Of a stretch of 64,000 bases of DNA, positions 37,353 through 46,564 are shown piece after piece. A program made the translations under genes and the position numbers. This DNA comes from Desulfurococcales archaeon (lineage in GTDB: Archaea > Thermoproteota > Thermoprotei_A > Sulfolobales > Desulfurococcaceae). The notes below the pieces were generated by a model. That model had not been told where the DNA came from and did no database searches. It saw nothing but the letters and a program-made list of their open reading frames with translations. The stretch is from contig JALVYU010000031.1 in NCBI GenBank assembly GCA_027022365.1, forward strand, positions 96,001 to 160,000, given 5' to 3'. The stretch's first letter is position 1; every line of letters begins with the position of its first letter.

Positions 37353-38615
37353 TTACTCTCTTACACCTAGGAATCTGAGCTTCTCCTTCACCTCTCCGGT
37401 CTTGGCTATCTCGAGGAGCTCCATGAACATCTTCTCGATCATCTCTGGCTGCGCGTCTCTGCCTCCGAGGCCGTAGACATAGTTTACTAGTAGTGGTCTC
37501 TCCTTTAGATCGTATAGTGCTGTGCTTATGTCGAGGAAGCTTGGACCATAGCTTCCGAAGCTTATTCCGCGGTCCATGACACCCACTACTTTGACGCCTT
37601 TCAATAGTTCTGCCAGCTCTTTGTGCGGGAATGGCCTGAACAGCCTTATCCTGATAGTGCCTACCTTGTAGCCCCTGCTCCTCAGCTTCTTCACGATGTG
37701 CCTCACGGTTCCGCCTGTGCTTCCCAGCACGGTCACTACTACGTCGGCATCTTCTACGCCGTAGGGTACTAGTACGCCGTCACCGTACTTTCTCCCGGTT
37801 AGCTCGTACCATTTCTCATTAACTTCTCTGACCACTTCTGGGACGCGCTTCATCGCCTCGATCTGGTGCATCTTGTGCTCGTAGTAGTAGTCGTACAGGT
37901 CTAGTGGCCCGAAGCTCAGCGGTCTGGCTGGGTTTAGGATTAATGGTACTTCCTCGTCGAAGTAGTCTACCTTTACCTTGGGGTAGGTCTTCCTGTAGCC
38001 GCCTAGGAACTTGTGTACTTCCTCGTCGGGCAGCATCCTGATGTTCTCGAGGGTGTGGCTTAGGAAGAACCCGTCCAGATTGACGGCTACAGGTAGGAGT
38101 ACTCTCTCATCCTCTGCTATCTTGAATGCCTGTATTGTTGTGTCGTAGGCTTCCTGCACGTTCTCAACAAAGATCTGTATCCATCCGCTGTCCCTCATAC
38201 CGTACGCATCGCTGTGATCGTTGTGTATGTTGATGGGTGCGGATAGTGCACGGTTGGCTACCGCCAACACTATCGGGAGCCTTAGGCTTGCAGCGATGTA
38301 GAGTATCTCCCACATCAGTGCAAGGCCGTTAGCAGCTGTGGCTGTGAATGCTCGTGCACCCGCAGCGGCTGCACCGACACATGCGCTCATAGCGCTGTGC
38401 TCGCTCTCTACAGGGACGAATTCTGTGTGTACTTCGCCGTTGGCCACGAACTCCGAGAACTTCTCAACAATGATTGTCTGGGGTGTGATCGGGTATGCGG
38501 CCACTACGTCTACAAGGCTCTGCTTGGCTGCATAGGCTACTGCTTCGTCACCGTTAACGGTCATAAGGATCTGTTTCTCAGGGGGGATCTTGGGGGTTTT
38601 GACTGCTTCAGTCAT
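37353..38615 (-). CDS. porA: Pyruvate/ketoisovalerate:ferredoxin oxidoreductase alpha subunit
   Basis: AAYPITPQT, VESEHSAMS, NRALSAPINIH, DGFFLSH and GLGGRD motifs. Confidence 0.9.
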   Translation of the reverse strand: MTEAVKTPKIPPEKQILMTVNGDEAVAYAAKQSLVDVVAAYPITPQTIIVEKFSEFVANGEVHTEFVPVESEHSAMSACVGAAAAGARAFTATAANGLALMWEILYIAASLRLPIVLAVANRALSAPINIHNDHSDAYGMRDSGWIQIFVENVQEAYDTTIQAFKIAEDERVLLPVAVNLDGFFLSHTLENIRMLPDEEVHKFLGGYRKTYPKVKVDYFDEEVPLILNPARPLSFGPLDLYDYYYEHKMHQIEAMKRVPEVVREVNEKWYELTGRKYGDGVLVPYGVEDADVVVTVLGSTGGTVRHIVKKLRSRGYKVGTIRIRLFRPFPHKELAELLKGVKVVGVMDRGISFGSYGPSFLDISTALYDLKERPLLVNYVYGLGGRDAQPEMIEKMFMELLEIAKTGEVKEKLRFLGVRE

Positions 38616-38638
38616 ACATGTACACCTCCAGGGGGATC

Positions 38639-38917
38639 TTACTCTGTGGGTTCGGGCTCCATTGTTATTGCTTTAACCGGGCACTCATGGGCACAGAGGC
38701 CACAGCCCTTACAGTAGTCGTAATTAATGATTATTTTCTCCCCGTCCCAGATCACGGCCATGTCTGGACAGTATATCCAGCACAGCATGCACTTGACGCA
38801 CTTGCTGTGATCCACAACGGGTCTCAGCGCTCTCCAGTCACCTGTCTTGTAGTCGGTTGATAGTCTGAAGGGTACGGCTCCAATGGGGAGTTCTTTATAG
38901 CCACGTAGCTCGGCCAT
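38639..38917 (-). CDS. porD: Pyruvate/ketoisovalerate:ferredoxin oxidoreductase delta subunit
   Basis: KTGDWR, CVKCMLCWIYCPD and YCKGCGLCAHECP motifs. Confidence 0.9.
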   Translation of the reverse strand: MAELRGYKELPIGAVPFRLSTDYKTGDWRALRPVVDHSKCVKCMLCWIYCPDMAVIWDGEKIIINYDYCKGCGLCAHECPVKAITMEPEPTE

Positions 38918-38921
38918 TGGG

Positions 38922-39485
38922 TCACACCTCCCGGGCCAACTCATACGCTTTCTTTACGAGCTCGATGTTCTTCTCGGCCAGCGGGCCTGGGAATCTCTTC
39001 TTAATTGCCTCCTCAAGGCTCCCCCAGCTGGTGAGTTTTGACGCCTTGAGGAGGGCACCGATCATGGCGGTGTTGGTGATCGGTCTCTTAAGGATCTCGA
39101 GTGCTAGCTTGGTCGCCGGGGTTATATAGACCTTGTACTCGCCCTTGCTAATACCTATATTATTATAAAGTTTCTCGGCATCACCCTCATAGTTGACAAC
39201 AATTATCCCGCCCTTCTTGAGTCCCTGTGTAACATTGACGTTCTTTAACAGTGTAGGATCTAGTACAACAACTATGTCGGGCTCGTAGACCATACTATGG
39301 ATTTCGATAGGCTCCTCGCTTATCCTAGTAAACGCTAGGACTGGCGCGCCACTTCTCTCAGGACCAAACGCTGGGAAGCTCTGGACATGCTTGCCATCAA
39401 TAGCTGCGGCCATCGCGAGGATATTCGACGCGGTCCAGGCGCCCTGGCCTCCTCGGCCATGCCAACGAACTTCGATTAACGCCAT
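38922..39485 (-). CDS. porG: Pyruvate/ketoisovalerate:ferredoxin oxidoreductase gamma subunit
   Basis: EVRWHGRGGQG, FPAFGPERSGAP and NTAMIGA motifs. Confidence 0.9.
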   Translation of the reverse strand: MALIEVRWHGRGGQGAWTASNILAMAAAIDGKHVQSFPAFGPERSGAPVLAFTRISEEPIEIHSMVYEPDIVVVLDPTLLKNVNVTQGLKKGGIIVVNYEGDAEKLYNNIGISKGEYKVYITPATKLALEILKRPITNTAMIGALLKASKLTSWGSLEEAIKKRFPGPLAEKNIELVKKAYELAREV

Positions 39486-39869
39486 ATCTGATCATCTCCA
39501 TTAAGCCGTCTAAAGGATTAAGATATACTATTGTCTTACTCAATCCGAGATTATGAATACTATTGAATAAAAGTGTTCTTTCGGGAATACAATGGAGTCC
39601 TTATTTATTTATCCATTGATCCTTATTGTTTTACAGGCTAGATTGTATTAATAACGTGTTATAATGTGATTTAACGGTTTTATAATTTTAAATAACGACA
39701 CCAAATACAATTCTTATAAAGAATTACATTTTCTGTATTAACGAAGATTTTTTCATACAGATTATTTTTTATTTTTTAAAATAAATGATTTAAAATTATT
39801 GAACTAACAAAATATTTAACTTACATAATTAATTAATAAATTAATTGAACCCACTTAGGGGGGAGTGAT

Positions 39870-41216
39870 ATGAGATTGAGTAGAGCCGTATCAAAGGTCG
39901 CAGCTTATATAGTTATTGCTGTAATTATAACGGCTATTGTTACAGGATCGGCTGTATACTTGGCTATGCGGGAACATATGCCCACACATACCGTGACTAC
40001 TACAATATACAAAACAACAACTCAGACTCAAACACAGACACAGACTACTGCATCGCCGACTGGTCCGACCGTAACATTAATGGTTTACGGTCCATGGGCA
40101 GGCGATGAGGCGAAATACTTCCAAGCCGTCATTAATGCGTATGAGAAACTACATCCCAACGTCAAGATCAAATATGTAACGATGAGAGCCGAAGATTTAG
40201 CGGCAGCAATGCCTATTCAGTTCGCGGCCCATACGTCGCCCGCCGACGTTATCTTCACGCCATGGGCGTGGTGGATAGTCAAGATGGCGCAGAAGGGCTA
40301 CGTCGAAGACTTATCCAATGTCATCAATGCCAATGAATACATACCAAGTATAGTCAAGAAGGTTGAGTGGGATGGCAAACTCTGGGCGGCACCGTTCACA
40401 ATGTGGCTAAAGCCGGGATTCTGGTATAGGAAATCATTCTTCGAGAAATACGGGCTACAGCCGCCGAAGACTTGGCAGGACTTCCTTAATCTGCTTGACA
40501 AGCTCAAAAAGATACCCGGCATAAAGAACCCGATAGTATCAGGCGACAGCACGGGCTGGCCTCTCAGCGACATTGTCGAGCACTTCATAATAACATTCGG
40601 TGGTCCACAGCTACAGCTCGACCTCATATCGGGCAAGGTGAAGTTTAACGATCCCAAGGTAAAGGAGATATTCGAGAAATACCTTATACCGCTCATAAAG
40701 AATGGAGACTTCAGCCCACCGATAGAATGGACTACCGCGGTACAATTATGGTGGGATGAGAAGTACGGCCTATACTTTATGGGTACATGGATCACGGGAA
40801 TGGTTAAAGACCCGAACGACCTAGCGTTCTTCACACTACCTGGCTGTAAAGGCATAGTTGGAGGAGCAGACTACGCCTTCGTCCCGAAGTATGCTCCACA
40901 CCTACAGGAGGCACTGGACTTCATAAAATTCGTCGCTACTAAGGGCCAGGAAATACACGCAGCACAGCCATCAGGCAAGATACCGACATGGCTGAAAGCG
41001 GATCCGAACAAAATATGGGGTCCAATGAAGCAAGTTTACATGACGGTTAAGGAGAAAGGCCTTGAGATACTGCCGGATCTCGATGACAGCGTGGGCGGTG
41101 ACTGGCAGAAGCTGTTCTGGGACCAGCTGAAGCTACTATGGGTTAACCCCGATAAGCTTGACCAAGTACTGAATACGCTAGCACAGCAATTCCCGTATAA
41201 GCAAACCTCATCTTAA
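39870..41216 (+). CDS. Sugar ABC transporter substrate-binding protein (N-terminal anchor, Thr-rich linker)
   Basis: N-terminal TM, TTTQTQTQTQTT linker and SBP family 1 features (FWYRKSFFEKYGLQPPKTWQDF). Confidence 0.88.
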   Translation: MRLSRAVSKVAAYIVIAVIITAIVTGSAVYLAMREHMPTHTVTTTIYKTTTQTQTQTQTTASPTGPTVTLMVYGPWAGDEAKYFQAVINAYEKLHPNVKIKYVTMRAEDLAAAMPIQFAAHTSPADVIFTPWAWWIVKMAQKGYVEDLSNVINANEYIPSIVKKVEWDGKLWAAPFTMWLKPGFWYRKSFFEKYGLQPPKTWQDFLNLLDKLKKIPGIKNPIVSGDSTGWPLSDIVEHFIITFGGPQLQLDLISGKVKFNDPKVKEIFEKYLIPLIKNGDFSPPIEWTTAVQLWWDEKYGLYFMGTWITGMVKDPNDLAFFTLPGCKGIVGGADYAFVPKYAPHLQEALDFIKFVATKGQEIHAAQPSGKIPTWLKADPNKIWGPMKQVYMTVKEKGLEILPDLDDSVGGDWQKLFWDQLKLLWVNPDKLDQVLNTLAQQFPYKQTSS

Positions 41217-41301
41217 CACTAGTCCCTTTTTTTACCTTATACGTTGTCGTGCTTTCGAATCTTTGACCCTGTGTGTAACGTGGATAGTGGAGGGTTGATG
41301 A

Positions 41302-42201
41302 ATGAGTAAGAAAATAAATATAAAGAAGCGGTACCTAGCGCTCTTTCTTATACCCGGGTTTACACTGGTGGCGATATTTGTCATCAGTCCCATTATTGGT
41401 ACATTTATAATTAGCTTTGAGACTCCTAGTGGTTTTGGCCTGTCGAACTATTACTCGGTAATAACCCAGACATCTCCTACTAAGGCATTGGTTCTTCTAA
41501 ACGATATGCCTAGGCCGCCGCCATGGGGAGCGCTAATACATAACCTGGTGTGGACGGCAATACATTTACCGACAACAACGTTTCTAGGATTGGTACTAGC
41601 CTATCTGCTAAGAAGGGTTTATGGTAGATCTATTGTCAAATCCATAATGTTTATTGGAATGGTCATCCCGATGGTTGTTGGAGGACTCATTATCAGGTTC
41701 ATGTTCGATAAATTCATAGGTATTGTCCCAAACTTGTGCGGGCTCATAGGCTTAACCTGGCTGGACAAGTCTTGGACTTCTTATCCTGACACAGCCCTTC
41801 TAGCATTGATTATAGGATCTGTATGGCTCTGGACAGGGTTTAGCTTAACAATACATGCGGCCGCAATAGATTCTCTCCCTAAAACATATATCGAGGCGGC
41901 GAAAATCGATGGAGCGAGCGATTGGCAGATCTTCTGGAAGATAATAGTTCCCTCAGTCAGAGCCGCGACGCTCACTGTAATAGTGATGACGATGCTGTGG
42001 GATCTCAAGATATTCGACATAGTATACGCTGCGACGAAGGGAGGCCCGGGAGGAGCTTCTACAGTGCTCGCGTTCGTGATGTGGCTGTATTTCGCACTTG
42101 ATCTCGACTATGGCAAGGCTGCGGCTGTGGCAGTGATACTGACCCTGCTGACCCTGATCCCCGCCGCAATATATATCAGGCAGGTGATGAAGCGTGGCTA
42201 G
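41302..42201 (+). CDS. Sugar ABC transporter permease (MalF-like)
   Basis: EAA loop IEAAKIDGASDWQIFWKI; TKGGPG. Confidence 0.9.
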   Translation: MSKKINIKKRYLALFLIPGFTLVAIFVISPIIGTFIISFETPSGFGLSNYYSVITQTSPTKALVLLNDMPRPPPWGALIHNLVWTAIHLPTTTFLGLVLAYLLRRVYGRSIVKSIMFIGMVIPMVVGGLIIRFMFDKFIGIVPNLCGLIGLTWLDKSWTSYPDTALLALIIGSVWLWTGFSLTIHAAAIDSLPKTYIEAAKIDGASDWQIFWKIIVPSVRAATLTVIVMTMLWDLKIFDIVYAATKGGPGGASTVLAFVMWLYFALDLDYGKAAAVAVILTLLTLIPAAIYIRQVMKRG

Positions 42202-43057
42202 CCTCTATTATAGGGTCAGGAGGATAAAGCTCAGCACAGTGATTGTAAATATCATAGTATGGATAATAGCTATACTCTGGCTATTGCCGTTCATAGGGTT
42301 GTTCATGACCTCCGTCAGGCCGTACAGCGAGGTAGTATTGAAAGGCTGGTGGACTATCCTCGGAGGCCACTACACATTAAACAACTATATCCAAGTACTA
42401 ACTAATCCCATGTATGATCTCTTGAGGGGATATATGAACTCGCTGACAATAGCTATACCGAGCACGTTTATACCATTAATACTAGCTGCAATGATAGCCT
42501 ACGGGTTCTCGAGATTTAGCTTCACGGCTAAGAACTTGTTGTTCATACTGATACTACTCATAATGGCAGTTCCCCAGCAGACAATGGTTATACCAATGTT
42601 CTTCATGCTGAAAACCATGGGTTTGCTGAATAAACTAATAGGACTGATACTCGTCCACAGCTCATGGGGTATAGCTTGGATAGCGTTCTTCATGAGAAAC
42701 TATTTCAACATGATGCCGAGAGAGGTAGAGGAAGCAGCCCGAGTGGATGGGGCGGGATGGGCCACGATATTCTTCAGAATAGTGCTACCAGTCAGCCTCC
42801 CAGCCCTCGCCAGTGCAGCCGCCATACAGTTCACATGGGTTTGGAGCGACTTCTTCTTCGCACTAATGTTCATATACAGCCCCGAGAAAATGGTGATCAC
42901 ACAGAAGATCGTATCGATCAAGGGCCAGTTCTATGTTGATTGGGGGCTGTTAAGCGCGGGATCGATACTCACGATGCTCGTACCCCTACTCGTATATGCA
43001 GCCCTCCAGAAGTACTACCTTAGAGGCATGGTAGGATGGGCTTCAGGAAAAGGATAA
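42194..43057 (+). CDS. Sugar ABC transporter permease (MalG-like)
   Basis: EAA loop EEAARVDGA; AYGFSRF. Confidence 0.9.
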   Translation: MASLYYRVRRIKLSTVIVNIIVWIIAILWLLPFIGLFMTSVRPYSEVVLKGWWTILGGHYTLNNYIQVLTNPMYDLLRGYMNSLTIAIPSTFIPLILAAMIAYGFSRFSFTAKNLLFILILLIMAVPQQTMVIPMFFMLKTMGLLNKLIGLILVHSSWGIAWIAFFMRNYFNMMPREVEEAARVDGAGWATIFFRIVLPVSLPALASAAAIQFTWVWSDFFFALMFIYSPEKMVITQKIVSIKGQFYVDWGLLSAGSILTMLVPLLVYAALQKYYLRGMVGWASGKG

Positions 43058-43091
43058 TTTTTAACTGATTAATCTATTCGGGGTGTATCCC

Positions 43092-44204
43092 ATGGCTAGT
43101 GTTAGGCTCGAATCAGTCGTCAAGAGGTTCGGAAAGGTAGTCGCAGTCAATAATGTGAGCCTTGAAATAAGAGATAAAGAGTTCTTCATACTCCTAGGCC
43201 CCTCCGGATGCGGTAAGACAACCACGTTAAGGCTAATAGCTGGCCTAGAATATCCTGATAGCGGGAGGATCTATATTGATGACAGGGATGTTACCTTCCT
43301 AGAACCTAAAGATAGAGATATAGCAATGGTTTTCCAGAACTACGCCCTCTACCCACACATGACGGTATTCCAGAACATAGCTTTCCCATTACTATTGAGG
43401 AGGAAGAAGCTAGGTCTAACTAAAGATGATATTAAGAAGAGGGTACTCGAAGTTGCGAGACTACTAAGAATAGAGGAACTACTGCATAGAAAACCAGGGC
43501 AGCTCAGCGGTGGACAACAACAGAGAGTCGCGCTTGCAAGAGCCCTCATACGCAGGCCAAAAGTATGGCTAATGGACGAGCCACTGAGCAACCTAGACGC
43601 CTTACTGAGACTAGTGATGAGAGCGGAGCTCAAGAGACTACAGAAAGAACTAGGGATAACAACGATCTATGTCACCCACGACCAGGCAGAAGCCCTCTCG
43701 ATGGCAGACAGGATAGCGGTTATGAATAAAGGACGCGTAATACAGGTGGGTACACCTGACGAGGTCTACTTGAAGCCTAAACATGTTTTTGTAGGCACAT
43801 TCATAGGAGCGCCGCCAATGAACGTGGTAAAATGCAAAATAGAAGACCATGACGGAAGACTCATATTGTCCTGCCCAGGATTCGAGAGGGAGTTCCCGCC
43901 AGGAATAACACCCAAGAAACTGCCGAGGACAAAAGAAGTTGTTCTCGGTATAAGGCCCGAGTTTATCGAGGTAACAGACAAGCCAGAGCCGGGGACTATA
44001 AAAGGTAAGATATTAGTAGTAGAGCCTCTCGGCTCGGAGACCATACTAAACATAAACATTAACCCAGAAGGAGAAGAAACTATAATCAAGGCGAAGCTTC
44101 CGAAACTGACTAAGAAATACAGCGCCGGTGAGACGATCTACCTGAAGATAGATTGGAGCAAAGTAGCGGTGTTCGACGCGGAAACGGGTTTTGCGCTGAC
44201 ATAG
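43092..44204 (+). CDS. Sugar ABC transporter ATP-binding protein (MalK-like)
   Basis: GPSGCGKT, FQNYALYPHM, LSGGQQQR, MDEPLSNLD, YVTHDQ and a C-terminal TOBE domain. Confidence 0.93.
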   Translation: MASVRLESVVKRFGKVVAVNNVSLEIRDKEFFILLGPSGCGKTTTLRLIAGLEYPDSGRIYIDDRDVTFLEPKDRDIAMVFQNYALYPHMTVFQNIAFPLLLRRKKLGLTKDDIKKRVLEVARLLRIEELLHRKPGQLSGGQQQRVALARALIRRPKVWLMDEPLSNLDALLRLVMRAELKRLQKELGITTIYVTHDQAEALSMADRIAVMNKGRVIQVGTPDEVYLKPKHVFVGTFIGAPPMNVVKCKIEDHDGRLILSCPGFEREFPPGITPKKLPRTKEVVLGIRPEFIEVTDKPEPGTIKGKILVVEPLGSETILNININPEGEETIIKAKLPKLTKKYSAGETIYLKIDWSKVAVFDAETGFALT

Positions 44205-44662
44205 AATAGCATATCTACGTCTAAAATCGTGTTTTCATTAAAAATACATAGTTTTCAGAGCGGCTCTTATTGATATACTCAATAAGGAGATATAACTATG
44301 CTCCAAACATTAACAATCATTGCTCTAGCTATGTGGTTTACAGAGTATTTGTTTAGAACGCCAGTGTATTTCTTGTTGGCTCTACCGGAACAACTACATG
44401 CCGCGAGAGAATTTGTTGAAGACAATGAAACATTATTCTCGGCTAATAGTATATCGAGAGCTTAAAATGAGTTAGAGAACCGCGGATCCTGTAGATAGAG
44501 ATTAACAAGGGCTACCCGGTAATAGATGCTGTTTTTAATGTTTTATTCGTAATCGTAATATCTAATCGATCCTCATTAGTTATTAAATGAAGAATAGTGC
44601 TATTATCGACGGGAAGAACCATTCATGCTTAAGGAAAACAGGAGCATGACTCTGAAGAAAAA

Positions 44663-45619
44663 TCAATGAGTGAATAGTTCCCTGACGAGGCTTTCCGCTG
44701 TTAATCGTACTGCTTCGCGGCTAGAGTATTTTGGTCTCCATCCCTTCTTCTTGATCTTATCTATGCTCAGCCTCATGAACTTCACATCTCCGGGCCATCC
44801 ACGCCCATCCCTTGTCCCGCCAGTGAATACGTATTCGGGTCTAACACCCATTGCCCGGGCTACGATGTCTGCGATCTCCTTCACGGTTATCCAGTCATCG
44901 TTCCCTATGTTGTATACGTCGTACCATCCCTCAATATGTTGTGCAGCGAACAGTGTTGCGTCGAGCGTATCCGTTATGTATAGGTAGCTCTTCCTCTGTG
45001 TTCCGTCTCCGAGTATCTCTAGTTTCTTCGGGTTTTTCCTAAGCTTTACTATGAAGTCGTAGATCACGCCATGCCTTAGCCTTGGCCCCACGATATTCGC
45101 GTATCTCAGTGATACTGCTTTGAAGCCGTAGAGGTGAGCGTATGAGCAGATTAGTGCCTCGCAGCCTGCTTTGCTTGCCCCATAAACGCTGATAGGTCTT
45201 ATCTCATGCGTCTCGGGGGTAGGTATGATCTTTGCATCACCGTACACTGTGCTCGAACTCGCGAAGACAAAGAGCTCCACGCCTCCTTCCCGCCTCATTG
45301 CCTCGAGGAGGTTAAAGGTAGCGTATATGTTCTCCCTGAAATGTATCTCTGGCTCGGTAACGCTGAGCCTTACCTCCGGGTTAGCCGCGAAGTGGAACAC
45401 CGTATCGATATCCTTTATGGCCCTAGATACATCCTCGGGGCTCTTAAGATCGCCCCTTACGAACTCGAAGTTCGGCTTGCCGATGTGATGAGAGATATAT
45501 GATAGATCACCGCTGCTCAGATTATCGATTACCCTGACATTGTAGCCTTCCATGACGAGCCTATCCACAAGGTGGCTCCCAATAAAACCGGCTCCACCCG
45601 TAACAAGTATTCTCTCCAA
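44663..45619 (-). CDS. NAD-dependent nucleotide-sugar epimerase/dehydratase (GalE-like)
   Basis: VTGGAGFIGSH, ASSSTVYG and YGASK motifs. Confidence 0.9.
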   Translation of the reverse strand: MERILVTGGAGFIGSHLVDRLVMEGYNVRVIDNLSSGDLSYISHHIGKPNFEFVRGDLKSPEDVSRAIKDIDTVFHFAANPEVRLSVTEPEIHFRENIYATFNLLEAMRREGGVELFVFASSSTVYGDAKIIPTPETHEIRPISVYGASKAGCEALICSYAHLYGFKAVSLRYANIVGPRLRHGVIYDFIVKLRKNPKKLEILGDGTQRKSYLYITDTLDATLFAAQHIEGWYDVYNIGNDDWITVKEIADIVARAMGVRPEYVFTGGTRDGRGWPGDVKFMRLSIDKIKKKGWRPKYSSREAVRLTAESLVRELFTH

Positions 45620-45811
45620 GAAGCATCACCGAATGACTCCGACGTACAACTATTATCCACTATTGTTGTATTACTCATAAATCGTTATGACACTATATTT
45701 AGTATTCCCACACAATGGATAAGACACGACTGTTTATCATAATAGAGCGTGGATAAAGTTAATTCATTAGGTAGAACATAATGGTCAACCACCTAGGAGG
45801 GGTGCTGTAGG

Positions 45812-46564
45812 ATTTTATATTACATCGTCATACCGACATATAATGAGATAGAGAATATAGAGGAGCTCATAGCCAGACTCACAAGAACATTGGATCCGCT
45901 GAATATAAAGTACAAGATCCTCGTTGTAGACGATAATAGTCCCGATGGTACATGGAAGAAGGTTCAGGAGATTATGGAAAACAATAATCACGTAGAGCTG
46001 ATCATACGGGAGAAGAAGGAGGGAATAGGTGCGGCAATAAAACATGGAATAAAGCATGTTCTTGAGAATACAGATGCAGAGTATATAGCGACGATGGACG
46101 CGGACCTGAGCCATAGGCCGGAAGATCTGGCAGAAATGATCAGGCATAGCCGGGAGGCTGACCTGGTACAGGCTAGTAGATACATTGAGGGAGGAAAAAT
46201 CATTGGCTGGGGCCCCCATAGGAAGCTGATAAGCTGGGGGGCAAACACGCTTGTCAGGCTATTATATAGGACAGGGCTCCGCGAACATACCACAAATTAT
46301 AGAATATATAGGAGATGGCTGGCCGAGAAAATAGTCGAGTACACTAGGTCAAAAAGCTATGAATGGGTAATAGAGGCCCTCCTTGTATCAATAGCTTGTG
46401 GCGCCAAGATAGTGGAGGTCCCAACAACTTTCATCAATAGGGTTAAAGGCAAGAGCAAGCTAGGAATAACTGATATCCTTGGCTGGTTCAAATACATTGT
46501 AACATTCAGAGGCAGGTTCAAAGAGATAAGAAGTATTTGTAGAGAGAGTGCGTCCAAGTCTTGA
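45812..46564 (+). CDS. GT2 polyprenol-phosphate glycosyltransferase (DPM1-like), probable ATT start
   Basis: The in-frame YIVIPTYNE motif lies upstream of the ORF-track start. Also VVDDNSPDGT, MDADLSH, ASRY and GKSK. Confidence 0.85.
   Translation: MLYYIVIPTYNEIENIEELIARLTRTLDPLNIKYKILVVDDNSPDGTWKKVQEIMENNNHVELIIREKKEGIGAAIKHGIKHVLENTDAEYIATMDADLSHRPEDLAEMIRHSREADLVQASRYIEGGKIIGWGPHRKLISWGANTLVRLLYRTGLREHTTNYRIYRRWLAEKIVEYTRSKSYEWVIEALLVSIACGAKIVEVPTTFINRVKGKSKLGITDILGWFKYIVTFRGRFKEIRSICRESASKS

Noticed and set aside
39486-39869. Very AT-rich 380-bp region as a possible replication origin
   Set aside because: No ORB-like repeats or adjacent cdc6. It is explained as the divergent por/ABC promoter region.
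40010-40050. ACTCAGACTCAAACACAGACACAG tandem repeat
   Set aside because: It encodes the Thr/Gln linker common in crenarchaeal solute-binding proteins; it is not a CRISPR or contingency repeat.
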